Positions 22,405-34,411 of a stretch of DNA of 42,489 nt are shown here, in pieces. Source of the stretch: Macrostomum lignano (lineage: Eukaryota); contig NIVC01004544.1 of NCBI GenBank assembly GCA_002269645.1, positions 1 to 42,489 of the forward strand, given 5' to 3'. The notes under the pieces were generated by a model. The model worked only from the letters and a program-made list of their open reading frames with translations, was not told where the DNA came from and made no database searches. The translations under genes and the position numbers were made by a program. The first letter of the stretch is position 1, and every line of letters begins with the position of its first letter.

Positions 22405-25034
22405 GGTGGTATGAGTGATGGCAAATGGAGATGTTGTTAAGGGATATTAAGTGTGGGACAGCAAGGACGCTAATCCAGAGCAAAGTGGATACCGGACCCG
22501 AGAAAGTAGATCCAGGTGGATTGTTGGAACAACTAATGACCAGAGGCGGCCAGAGGCAGTGAAGCGGCCGGATTGAATTCACCTGGAGCGCCAGTTCCCA
22601 GCCTCATCGATGATGAAGTAACTAAAAATGGCCATCTCAATCCCCCTTTTGGTCCTTCTCGCCCCAGGCCAGTGGGACGAAGCAATTCAATGATAGGTTT
22701 TCATTGCGTAATCCCATTTCATTTCGGAGAGGAGAACAAAGACTCCGTGGCAGCATGAGCATGAGGGAGGCTGAGCCGGGTCCGTGGGGAGCGATTAAAC
22801 TGGATTTTAAGCAATTGGCGCCCACGAACGTCCGGGATGCAGGCCGATGCACAATAAAAATATCTGGCCAAATCATCCGCCTGGAATTCCCTCTCGCTCT
22901 GGCGCTCAGCTGAATTCATGTCAGCAGTCCGAGAGAGTAGAGCAACAACCCCGCTCTGGATTGCGTCATCGCTTCATCCGGAGAGGAGGGGAGAGCCAAG
23001 GACTCCCCAGAGGATGAGCAGGGAGAAATGCAGGTTAAATTTCAGTATTTTTTTACACTTTTTTAGTTTTTAATAATGAACGTTCTGATCTAACGAACTG
23101 TTTGATAAGTCAAGAATTTTGTGAATTAGTCCATTAGCGAAGTATGAGAAATGGGGTGGATTTGCACTGTACATTAGCTATGTACGCTAGTGGAGGGAGA
23201 GAAAGGGAAAGGAAAGTGAGGTGGGCGACAACTGACCTTCAAAATGGGGGAAGGAAAATGGGGTGGGTTGCAATCGGCCAATCAGAAAGTGTGTAAGAAA
23301 ATGGGGTGGGTTGCGATTGACCAATCAGAAAGTACGAAGGGAAATGGTGCATGTCCAGCAACCGTGCAAGCCCTGAAGCATCGAAGCATCAGTAGTGCAG
23401 AACTTTCTGAAGCGAGGCTTGCTAATCCTATTCGACCAAGGAGTCGAAGAAGCCTTGAAACTCCACTGGAGGAAAAGTTTCGATAATAAAAAGTTTTCGA
23501 ACTCGGGCCAGCCAACCAAAAAGCCAATCTAAAATTGGATCGCCTTCAGAAGGCGGTGATGAGTGAGCTGTCTTCGGAGGCTCGTCCTCCAACTGGCGGG
23601 GGGGGGGACTGACAGTTCTATTCTCCTATCTCTCATCTCAGTCTAACTTGCCTCATTGCCGCTATTCCTCTTTTTAGCTATTTCCCCACTGTGTGTGGTG
23701 TGTTTACTCCAGCCACCGCTGCGGTGCCCTCCCCCATCTGACTTGGCGCTGGGCCAAGGAGACCAGAAGCCGAATCTGGAAACAGAAACTCTTGCAGCTT
23801 TTATACTACCGTTACCAGTAATCTCTAGGTTTGTACGCATCCTCGCTAAAAAATCATACGACTCTGAGTACGACTTTTGGAAAAGTAGGAAGCGCAAATT
23901 TATATTTTTGTCGCGATCTAGACAAAGATCACGCTGCAATCCAGATTGCAGTTGCAGTCCTCCTTGGCTGCAGCGACCGGTTTGGGAGGAAAGTAAACCG
24001 ACTCTCCCTCATCCCAGCTCTTTGCCTGCTTGCTTCATTTCCCAGCGCCCCCCCTGGGGGAGAAAAACTCGATACTGCAGGCCGGGCAGCGGACAGGCTC
24101 GGGTGGCAACAGCGGGACAGGGCCGCCGAGAGGGATGAAGAGCCAGTAATCTCCCAGCTCAGTAATTCTCACTTTATCACTACCAACATTCACAGAGAGT
24201 CTGCTGCTTCCAGGAGAGCTCCTGTTGCTGTCGAGTTTGAGTATCATCATAATGAAAATGCTCTCCGAACTCCAGCCAAACCCTCCAACGATGAGCAGAA
24301 GCCTTGAATGTGGGAGCATTATCCCCGCTATTCATCTCTCATGCCTCTCTCGGGAAATTCTCTGACTGACCACTTGCTGCTCAAACCTGAGCTGACGCAA
24401 TCAGAGTCCGATGGAGCAAGGAAAATAACAAATTGTTAGGAGATCCCACTGCAATCAATGTCTACAATATAGGCTGAATTTCTGCATTAATATTCACAAA
24501 AAATTCATCTATGATAATATCAGAATTACGCAACTCCAATGTGAAGCAGACAAATGATCTGAGAGTTTTGACTTAGTTTCTATTCGCGAAATTGTAAAAC
24601 TTCTGCAACCCCCCCCCCCCACGACCCATGTGCTTCTAGTGGTCCCTGCCTGGTGGGGGGCCATAAAAATTCAGTTCGAGTTGTAAAAACGGCAGGGGAC
24701 GCGGGCAGGATTTTTTTCGACTTGAAGGGGAAATTAATAGCCGCTTTATGAGTCTTAGTCGTTTTTTTACTCAAGTTGTAAATTGTTTTTAAGTTGTTTC
24801 TAAGAAATTGAGAAGGACCTCACGTGAAACTTCATATTTATTTCTCTAGTTCTCTAGTTGGCAAAAATGGCACGTTGAAATCGTGGGAAATTTTAAGATA
24901 CTTCGCTTGGAACTGAAACAAACAAACTCAATATAAAAAAATATTTTAAGCTATGGAGTCCCGACTTCTAAATGACGCGAACTAAAATGAGATGGAGTTG
25001 GGTGGTTGGCAGAGTGAGTAGGGAGTAAATACTG

Positions 25035-25961
25035 AGAAAGGGTAGACACTGAGAGAGAGGGTAGACAGTGAGAGAGAGAGGGTAGACACTGAGAGAGAGG
25101 GTAGACAATGAGAGAGAGAGGGTAGACACTGAGAGAGAGGGTAGACAGTGAGAGAGAGAGGGTAGACACTGAGAGAGAGGGTAGACAATGAGAGAGAGAG
25201 GGTAGACACTGAGAGAGAGGGTAGACACACAGAGAGAGGGTAGACACACAGAGAGAGGGTAGACACACTGAGAGAGGGTAGACACACAGAGAGAGAGGGT
25301 AGACACACAGAGAGAGGGTAGATACAGAGAGAAGAGAGAAGGTAGACACTGAGAGAGGGTTGACAGAGAAAGAGGGTAGACACACAGAGAGAGGGTAGAC
25401 ACACTGAGAGAGAGGGTAGACACACAGAGAGAGGGTAGACACACTGAGAGAGGGTAGACACACTGAGAGAGATGGTAGACACACAGAGAGAGGGTAGACA
25501 CACAGAGAGAGGGTAGACACACTGAGAGAGGGTAGACACATTGAGAGAGGGTAGACACACTGAGAGAGATGGTAGACACACTGAGAGATGGTAGACACAC
25601 AGAGAGATGGTAGACACACTGAGAGATGGTAGACACACTGAGAGAGGGTTGACACACTGAGAGAGGGTTGACAGAGAGAGAGGGTAGACACAGAGAGAAG
25701 AGAGAAGGTAGACACTGAGAGACAAGAGAGAAGGTAGACAGAGAGAGAAGAGAGAAGGTAGACACAGAGAGAGGGTTGACAGAGAGAGAGGGTAGCCATA
25801 GAGAGAGAGGGTAGCCATAGAGAGAGAGAGGGTAGCCATAGAGAGAGAGGGTAGCCATAGAGAGAGAGGGTAGCCATAGAGAGAGAGGGTAGCCATAGAG
25901 AGAGAGGGTAGCCATAGAGAGAGAGGGTAGCCATAGAGAGAGAGGGTAGCCATAGAGAGAG
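25035..25961 (+). repeat. (GA)nGGGTAGACAC(A/T) minisatellite switching to (GA)nGGGTAGCCATA units at ~25790
   Basis: Direct reading of the sequence. Confidence 0.96.
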
Positions 25962-27109
25962 TATCTTGAAGCGGCTGGCAACAAATCAGTTCAGTAAATA
26001 AGATAGGAAATTAAATTTTTAGATTGCGCAGGCAGGCTGTCTGCTCAGAGCAAGTCACCATTAATTATCACCTTAAGACTCGGTTAGGGGACACCAGTGC
26101 TCTGCTGGGAATTGTTTCCCAAAGGAAGTCGTCAGTCATGTTCTACATTTGATTCCCAAATCCCTCAGCCTCAACCGTCCACAGTTGCCGCTTGAGAAAT
26201 CGGAAAAATTAAAAGCAAAAAACAGCTGACTTTGTTGTTCTTTTCCCGATCCCCACAGCTCCCAACCGGCTGGTTTCCCACCAAAGTCCCCTGGCGATTC
26301 CCATGCAGCAACCCGAGGCCGAGGTAAACCAACCACCGGATTTATTCATATTTCCTTCACACCTCACTTTGCGTGGAAAAAAAGCCCCTTTCCAATGCTT
26401 TTTGGAGCCGGGCCAAAAAATGCTGCTGGGTTGATTGCGTCATGCTAGGCAGAACCGATCCTCAAGCACACCTCCCAGTCTTAATCTCCTGCTTTACCTT
26501 TCTCCCCTCTAAATACCCCCTCTCTAAAAAAATTCTCTTCCCACAGGAGTCAGGTGTGAACGAGGGGATTTTTTAAAGCCCCCTCTTACCCAAGAAAAGT
26601 GAATGGCGATTTCGTGGCAAAGTGACGTTGCGCCTGCATTTCCGAGTGATCAGGAGGGGCAATGTTGGACGCCTATATTAAAGCGTAAAATTCCTTTGAT
26701 TTCTATTTACGTGACTCACCCATGCTCAAAGACTTGAGCCGAGAGAACAGGAGATGTAAAGGGGGGGGGAGGCAAAATGAAACTTGTTCCTCGCCTAGTG
26801 AAAGAGAAATGACTGGAAGGAGAGGTATAAAGGAAGCTGGAGTGAAAGAATGCAGAGAGTTGACTTCTCAGTAATCCTTTGTGATTGAATATCCACTGAT
26901 AGAGATTACGTGAGGTCATGAAGTATTTCAAGAAACTAGGTTTAATTTTTCAATTCACGCCTATGGGGCCAACTCTCACGTCACAGAGTGTGCCTTCTTG
27001 ACGACGAGAAAATGTACACCCTGTGTGAGCCTGCGTGTGCGTGCTCCAGGGTCAACAGGTGCAATTCGACTAGCGCCTTGATTTTTAGCAGTTTGATTTT
27101 TACCCTACC

Positions 27110-28187
27110 TGCTGAGGGAGGGTAAACACTAAGAGAGGGTAGACACTGAGAGTGGGGTAGACACAGAGAGGGTCGGCACCGAGAGTAGGGTAGACACAGA
27201 GAGAGAGAGAGTAGACACAGAGAGGGTAGATACTGAGAGGGTAGACACTGAGAGTAAAGTAGACACAGAGAGAGGGAGTAGACACAGAGAGGGTAGATAC
27301 TGAGAGGGTAGACACTGAGAGTAAAGTAGACACAGAGAGAGAGAGTAGACACAGAGAGGGTAGACACTGAGAGTAAAGTAGACACAGAGAGAGAGAGGGT
27401 AGACACTGAGAGGGTAGACACTGAGGTGGGCCTAGGGTAGACACTGAGAGTAGTTAAACACTGAGGGTAGGGTAGACACTGAGAAGGTAGACACAGAGAG
27501 GGTAGACACTGAGGGTAGGGTAGACACTGAGGGTAGGGTAGACACTGAGGGTAGGGTAGACACTGAGGGTAGGGTAAACAATGAGAAGGTAGACACAGAG
27601 AGGGTAGACACTGAGGGTAGATACTGAGGGTAGGGTAGACACTGAGGGTGGGATAGACACTGAGAAGGTAGACACAGAGAGGGTAGACACTGAGGGTAGG
27701 GTAGACACTGAGGGTAGGGTAGACACTGAGAGGGTAGACACAGAGAGGGTAGACACTGAGGGTAGATACTGAGGGTAGGGTAGATACTGAGGGTAGGGTA
27801 GACACTGAGGGTAGGGTAGACACTGAGGGTAGGGTAGACACTGAGAAGGTAGACACAGAGAGGGTAGACACTGAGGGTAGATACTGAGGGTAGATACCGA
27901 GGGTAGACACTGAGGGTAGATACTGAGGGTAGGGTAGATACTGAGGGTAGGGTAGACACTGAGGGTAGGGTAGACACTGAGAAGGTAGACACAGAGAGGG
28001 TAGACACTGAGGGTAGATACTGAGGGTAGGGTAGATACTGAGGGTAGGGTAGATACTGAGGGTAGGGTAGACACTGAGGGTAGGGTAGACACTGAGAAGG
28101 TAGACACAGAGAGGGTAGACACTGAGGGTAGATACTGAGGGTAGACACTGAGAGTAGACACTGAGAGAGGGTAGACGCCGAGAGAGT
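27110..28187 (+). repeat. GAGGGTAG(GGTAG)ACACT minisatellite, related to the 25-kb array
   Basis: Shared GGGTAGACAC core. Confidence 0.96.
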
Positions 28188-28849
28188 AAACTCAAATTAG
28201 TGGCGCAGAACTGGCGATATGTATCGAAAGTTTGACCTTCTCCGGCGAACAGTCAGTCTATGCACAGTAAAGTTTGCAGAGGCAAAGGGTTTGTCAGGAA
28301 GCATTGATTCTGGATAACACTTGGATACATCTGGGGCTTGGCATAATTTGCATAACTTATTCAGTACTTATTCAATATCTTGGCAAAAGACAACAGAACA
28401 GTGAAAGCAGTCAGCAAGCACAAAAGCCAGGGCAAAATAAATTTTGACAGGTTTGTCCGGCCGGCCTTGCGACAGGAAATTGGTTCGAATCGGAGCGGGA
28501 GAGTTCAAATCTTCAAACACGCTGGCCACCCGCATGCTGGGGATGGAGATGGGGATAACCCGATGCACAGAGGCCGGCCGAGGGTCCTCATTATCCCGCC
28601 AAGGAGTGTTGCAACAAATTACAAACCCTCGAGCCGTTTGCCCCCTGAGGCGTCGGGGGGGGGGGATTTTTGCCCAGGCCGAGGCGAGGAGAGAAAGGGC
28701 GTAGCTAGAGATGGGGAATAAGTTAAGACGGAGGCTGAGACGGATGGGGCGCGAGTGAGTCAGCTGAGCCCTTTGTCAGCTGATCCTCTTTTGCTTCCTT
28801 CGCTACTGCCTTCAGGCTCTTGCTGGTTGGGCTCTTGCTACAGCCAGTA

Positions 28850-30675
28850 TCTCAGTGCCTGAGTCTCTGAGTGTCTCAGTGTCTCAGTGTCTGAGTGTCT
28901 CAGTATCTCTGTCTGTATCTCTGTGTCTCAGTGTCTAAGTGTCTCAGTGTCTGAGTGTCTCAGTATCTCTGTCTGTATCTCTGTGTCTCAGTGTCTAAGT
29001 GTCTCAGTATCTCTGTCTGTATCTCTGTGTCTCAGTGTCTGAGTGTCTCAGTATCTCTGTCTGTATCTCTGTGTCTCAGTGTCTAAGTGTCTCAGTATCT
29101 CTGTCTGTATCTCTGTGTCTCAGTGTCTAAGTGTCTCAGTATCTCTGTCTGTATTTCTGTGTCTCAGTGTCTAAGTGTCTCAGTATCTCTGTCTGTATCT
29201 CTGTGTCTCAGTGTCTAAGTGTCTGAGTGTCTCAGTATCTCTGTCTGTATCTCTGTGTCTCAGTGTCTAAGTGTCTGAGTGTCTCAGTATCTCTGTCTGT
29301 ATCTCTGTGTCTCAGTGTCTGAGTGTCTGAGTGTCTCAGTATCTCTGTCTGTATCTCTGTGTCTCAGTGTCTCAGTGTCTCAGTATCTCTGTCTGTATCT
29401 CTGTGTCTCAGTGTCTGAGTGTCTCAGTATCTCTGTCTGTATCTCTGTGTCTCAGTGTCTGAGTGTCTGAGTGTCTCAGTATCTCTGTCTGTATCTCTGT
29501 CTCAGTGTCTAAGTGTCTCAGTATCTCTGTCTGTATCTCTGTGTCTCAGTGTCTAAGTGTCTCAGTATCTCTGTCTGTATCTCTGTGTCTCAGTGTCTCA
29601 GTGTCTCAGTATCTCTGTCTGTATCTCTGTGTCTCAGTGTCTGAGTGTCTCAGTATCTCTGTCTGTATCTCTGTGTCTCAGTGTCTAAGTGTCTCAGCGT
29701 CTCTGTCTGTATCTCTGTGTCTCAGTGTCTGGGTGTCTCAGTATCTCTGTCTGTATCTCTGTGTCTCAGTGTCTAAGTGTCTGAGTGTCTCAGTATCTCT
29801 GTCTGTATCTCTGTGTCTCAGTGTCTAAGTGTCTGAGTGTCTCAGTATCTCTGTCTGTATCTCTGTGTCTCAGTGTCTGAGTGTCTGAGTGTCTCAGTAT
29901 CTCTGTCTGTATCTCTGTGTCTCAGTGTCTCAGTGTCTCAGTATCTCTGTCTGTATCTCTGTGTCTCAGTGTCTGAGTGTCTCAGTATCTCTGTCTGTAT
30001 CTCTGTGTCTCAGTGTCTAAGTGTCTGAGTGTCTCAGTATCTCTGTCTGTATCTCTGTGTCTCAGTGTCTGAGTGTCTGAGTGTCTCAGTATCTCTGTCT
30101 GTATCTCTGTCTCAGTGTCTAAGTGTCTCAGTATCTCTGTCTGTATCTCTGTGTCTCAGTGTCTAAGTGTCTCAGTATCTCTGTCTGTATCTCTGTGTCT
30201 CAGTGTCTCAGTGTCTCAGTATCTCTGTCTGTATCTCTGTGTCTCAGTGTCTGAGTGTCTCAGTATCTCTGTCTGTATCTCTGTGTCTCAGTGTCTAAGT
30301 GTCTCAGCGTCTCTGTCTGTATCTCTGTGTCTCAGTGTCTGGGTGTCTCAGTATCTCTGTCTGTATCTCTGTGTCTCAGTGTCTGGGTGTCTGAATGTCT
30401 GAGTGTCTGAGTGTCTGAGTGTCTGAGTGTCCGTTTCAGTGTCTGAGTGTCTCAGTATCTCTGTCTGTATCTCTGTGTCTCAGTGTCTGGGTGTCTGGGT
30501 GTCTGAGTGTCTCAGTGTCTCAGCGTCTCAGCGTCTCAGTGTCTGGGTGTCTGGGTGTCTCAGTGTCTGAGTGTCTGAGTGTCTGAGTGTCCGTCTCAGT
30601 GTCTGAGTGTCTCAGTATCTCTTTCTGGATCTCTGTGTCTCAGTGCCTCAGTGTCTCAGTGCCTCAGTGTCTCAG
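28850..30675 (+). repeat. Pyrimidine-rich higher-order minisatellite (CTCAGTGT/CTAAGTGT octamers plus ATCTCTGTCTGTATCTCTGTGT; ~36-52-bp super-units)
   Basis: Direct reading of the sequence. Confidence 0.96.
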
Positions 30676-32715
30676 CTATTTCAGCTTCCAGCTCCCCGCG
30701 TCTCCCCACTTGCCGACTGTTGCGTGCCGAAGCCTCAAAAGCTGCGGTCTCCGGCCCGCATTCGCCAAGCATTTTCGGCTCCAAAGCCCCGCTCAAAACA
30801 CTCGAGTCTCCCTCAGCTCAAATCAAGTGGCATAGCGGTCTTGTTTACTGGCCCTCCCACGTGACCCCCCCCTCCCTCCCTCCCGCTGCCCCCCCCTCTT
30901 TCTCTCCGGCAAATTGCAGGGACGAAAAATTCTAAAGTGCCGTTGACCTCCGCTTGCCTACCTGACCTCCGCCCAGACCAAGGCTCGCTTCAGGTAGCCG
31001 CAGCTTTCGGTGTCAGAAATTTGACCCAGCTTTGCAGTTGCCCGGTTTTGTCAGTTTTTTGCTCGGGCAAACTGGATTGATAGAAGCTTGTAGGAATTAA
31101 GTTGTTTCTTCTGTAAGCTTCTTTCGGCCAATAGAATCTCGCCTGGACACTCAAGATCCCAAGTCCATGTCTTGGGGGGGGGAGGATTTGTTTATCCCAC
31201 CAAAGCTGGCGAGGATGTTTATGCAATCTGCAGGACCAGGGTTAGTCGGCTTGCACTTTTTCGCGATTGCCAGTTTTCCTCCCTCTGGTGATTTTGAGTT
31301 TCGCGAGCCAGGCAAACTAAGAAGAACAAAGTGAATCCCCGGAGAGTCAATCAGCTTGATGGAGCGGCTAAAGAGGCTTGTCAAAAGAGTAAGATGGGCT
31401 GGGGCGACCAGATGACGCGCTTAGTCACTTGGCAGTTCCTCAGATCTCGAATTCCTCTGCTTCGAGCTTCGAGGCCAAGGATAAGCGAGCGCTGAAGAGG
31501 CGGAACACATCAGTCACGATAAGATTGCGGCCTCGATTTCAGTTTGCGCGAATTTCGCTTTCTCTGTAGCTTGGAGACCGAACGGCATTCGGCGATGCCT
31601 TATCTGTTGCTAGAAAGCTCATTAACACAGCGTGGGGTGGCGGAGCTCCAATCTGTCCGGTTTGCCAGCTGGCCGAGACCGCCGATCCTCCTCGGCCTAA
31701 ACAGTTTCGAACCCTGGTGTTGCAGCCAGTTGGCGCCGGCACCGCGGGGCAGTTAATTTCGAATAGTTTGTCGAACTGGTAATGGAGATTGTGCGCTGCG
31801 TTGCGCAACTGCAGATTCAACTGGAAATTTCCTTCGTGGAAGGGGAGCTGACAGCTGACACGCACTGGGGGGGATGTGAGTGCTATGAGGGGAAGTGATA
31901 GGGATTATGGGAAATCTGATGGAACTGAAGTGACGAAGGACCGGACAGGCCCGCAATCCCAGCCCCCAGATACCGATCAGATCCCCCTGCAGCACCTTCT
32001 AGTTGAGTGCTGTGGGAAATTTTGACTTGAAAATTCTGGAGAACCGAGAAGGAGAATTCACTGATGAAGCTGGGAGATTCTGCGTCGCCTTAGCCACATG
32101 AGTAAGGTGCATGACTAACGCTAAAGCAAGCAAATTTATGAGACATCTGGCGTTTGCAAGCAGGCAGAGAGGCTGGAATTCGTGGAGCTTTGCTCACCTC
32201 CATCACCAAAAACTTTCTCCTGCTTTCTTTCCGATCCGAGGAAGCTGAAGGGAGAGCTGAGGATTCGGATCGCTCTAGATGCAGAAGAGAAGCTGGAAGG
32301 GACGCTGCGCGTGGGGATTTAAGGCTTTGCTAAGGATAAACAAAGCCTGAGCATATTGCGGGGCATTAGTGGGGGGAATGGAAACGAATGGGATTAAATG
32401 GGAAAAGAGCCGAAAGCTCCCGGGCACGCGTTCTTCGTTTAAGTTGCTGCTCAACCAACAGATCCCAGGGCTTCCAGCTCAGCCGCCATCACCCACTACT
32501 TTCGCTCTTCACGTCTGGGAAGGGCTGGTAGCGGTTCAACTGTCGGCTTGGTTAATATTTGCTGTCACCCACACTGCCTGTCTCCGGTGTGGCGGCCTCT
32601 TCAGATAAGTTTTGCTTATCATGGTCCGTTTGGATGGGAATCGAGTCGAAGCATAACGAAATCATTGTGCTCATTGAATACACTCGTAAATAAGAAGAAG
32701 CCATGGAAATATTGA

Positions 32716-33338
32716 GAGGGGGAGAGAGGATCAAAGGGGTAAAGATTATCAGAGAGAGGGAGAGAGAGGATCAGAGAGAGGGAGAGAGAGGATCAGAGAG
32801 AGGGAGAGAGGATCAGAGAGAGGGAGAGAGAGGATCAGAGAGAGGGAGAGAGAGGATCAGAGAGAGAGAGAGAGAGGATCAAAGAGAGAGGGAGAGAGAG
32901 GATCAGAGAGAGGGAGAGAGAGGATCAGAGAGAGGGAGAGAGGATCAGAGAGAGGGAGAGAGAGGATCAGAGAGAGGGAGAGAGGATCAGAGAGAGGGAG
33001 AGAGAATCAGAGAGAGAGGAAGAGAGGATCAGAGAGAGAGGAAGAGAGGATCATAGAGACAGGAAGAGAGGATCAGAGAGAGAGGGAGAGAGGATCATAG
33101 AGAGAGGGAGAGAGAATCAGAGAGAGAGGGAGAGAGAATCAGAGAGAGAGGGAGAGAGGATCGTAGAGAGAGGGAGAGAGAGGATCAGAGAGAGGGAGAG
33201 AGAGGATCAAAGAGAGAGGGAGAGAGAGGATCAGAGAGAGGGAGAGAGGATCAGAGAGAGGGAGAGAGAGGATCAGAGAGAAGGAGAGAGAGGATCAGAG
33301 AGAGGGAGAGAGAGGATCAGAGAGAGGGAGAGAGAGGA
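32716..33338 (+). repeat. GGATCA(GA)nGG(GA)n minisatellite, same family as 20262-21290
   Basis: Same unit design. Confidence 0.96.
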
Positions 33339-34411
33339 TTAGATTTACCAAAGCTAACGGCATGGTTGGCAAGCGTCAGTTTGTATGCCAGAAGTTATGC
33401 GCCGCTTCTCCAAGCAGCTACAAAGATTATCTTAAGCGTGTCTTCGAACAACCCCAGAGTCCCCAAATATAGCACAGCTGGGGCCTAGATGGTGCACGAC
33501 TGGCTCCTAACCGGGCCATTGGGGACCAAGAGGGTTTGGTCTGACTGGGACCCTGTCTGTCTGCAGGCCCCCTTATTCGGGTCAACTGGTCGAGTCCCTT
33601 GCCCCCCCCCCCCCTACCAAAATTGGCAGCTGCTGCTTGAAGAAGGAGGCAGCGACAGGAGTCTAGCGAGAGAGAGAGAGAATCTGCAGGCGTTATTTGG
33701 GGGGCAAGAATAAAAATAGAGGAGGAAGGCAGCAAGCCGAGGGAGGCCCTGATGGTGAGCCAGCCAATGGCGGCGGGGCTCCCCACCGGCCACAGTACGG
33801 CAGTGCGAGAGAGAGGCAGAACCGGTTGGGGGAGGAGGGGTTGCGGGGACTGAGGGGCCGGGCGTGAAAGGAAAGAAAAGGGAGAGAGGGCGAGTCACTG
33901 AGGGCAGACTCAGTCCAAGGAGCCCCCAGCACATGGCAAGCGGCTGCCGACACAACGCTTTCGAGCTTCGCTTTTCCAACATGCGCCAGGATTCGAACTG
34001 GTCAGCGCGTCGAAATCTATAAAGAATTTAATTGCCAAAGCAACCTGCAGTTTTGTGACCATCCCAGTTGCGTCATACCTGCCTGCAGCCACTTAAAAAG
34101 TTTAATAGCCTTCGCAATTTCGCGCGAGGCCGCGCTTCTAAAAGCAGCTGTTTTGCTAGGAAACCGGCAAGCAAAGAGACGAAAAGAAGAGACAAAAGAA
34201 GCACAGCGAGATTCATCAGATAAGAGACCCGTCGCAGTTTCTAAGCCATGACGCGAGCCGGGCCGCCCCAGCAACCCCCAGGCATCTAGACCTCTCGTCG
34301 AGTACCTCGCTGGCCCGGGCCCGCCCACCCGATCGAAGGTCGAATGCTTGAGTCTCGAGTCACCTGACGGGACCAGCTCGAGTCCCCGGTGCAAACGCCG
34401 GACCCAAATCC

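Noticed and set aside
33985-34010. tRNA T-loop-like TTCGAATC motifs (also ~28484 and ~39892)
   Set aside because: No valid T-stem, D-arm or acceptor stem.
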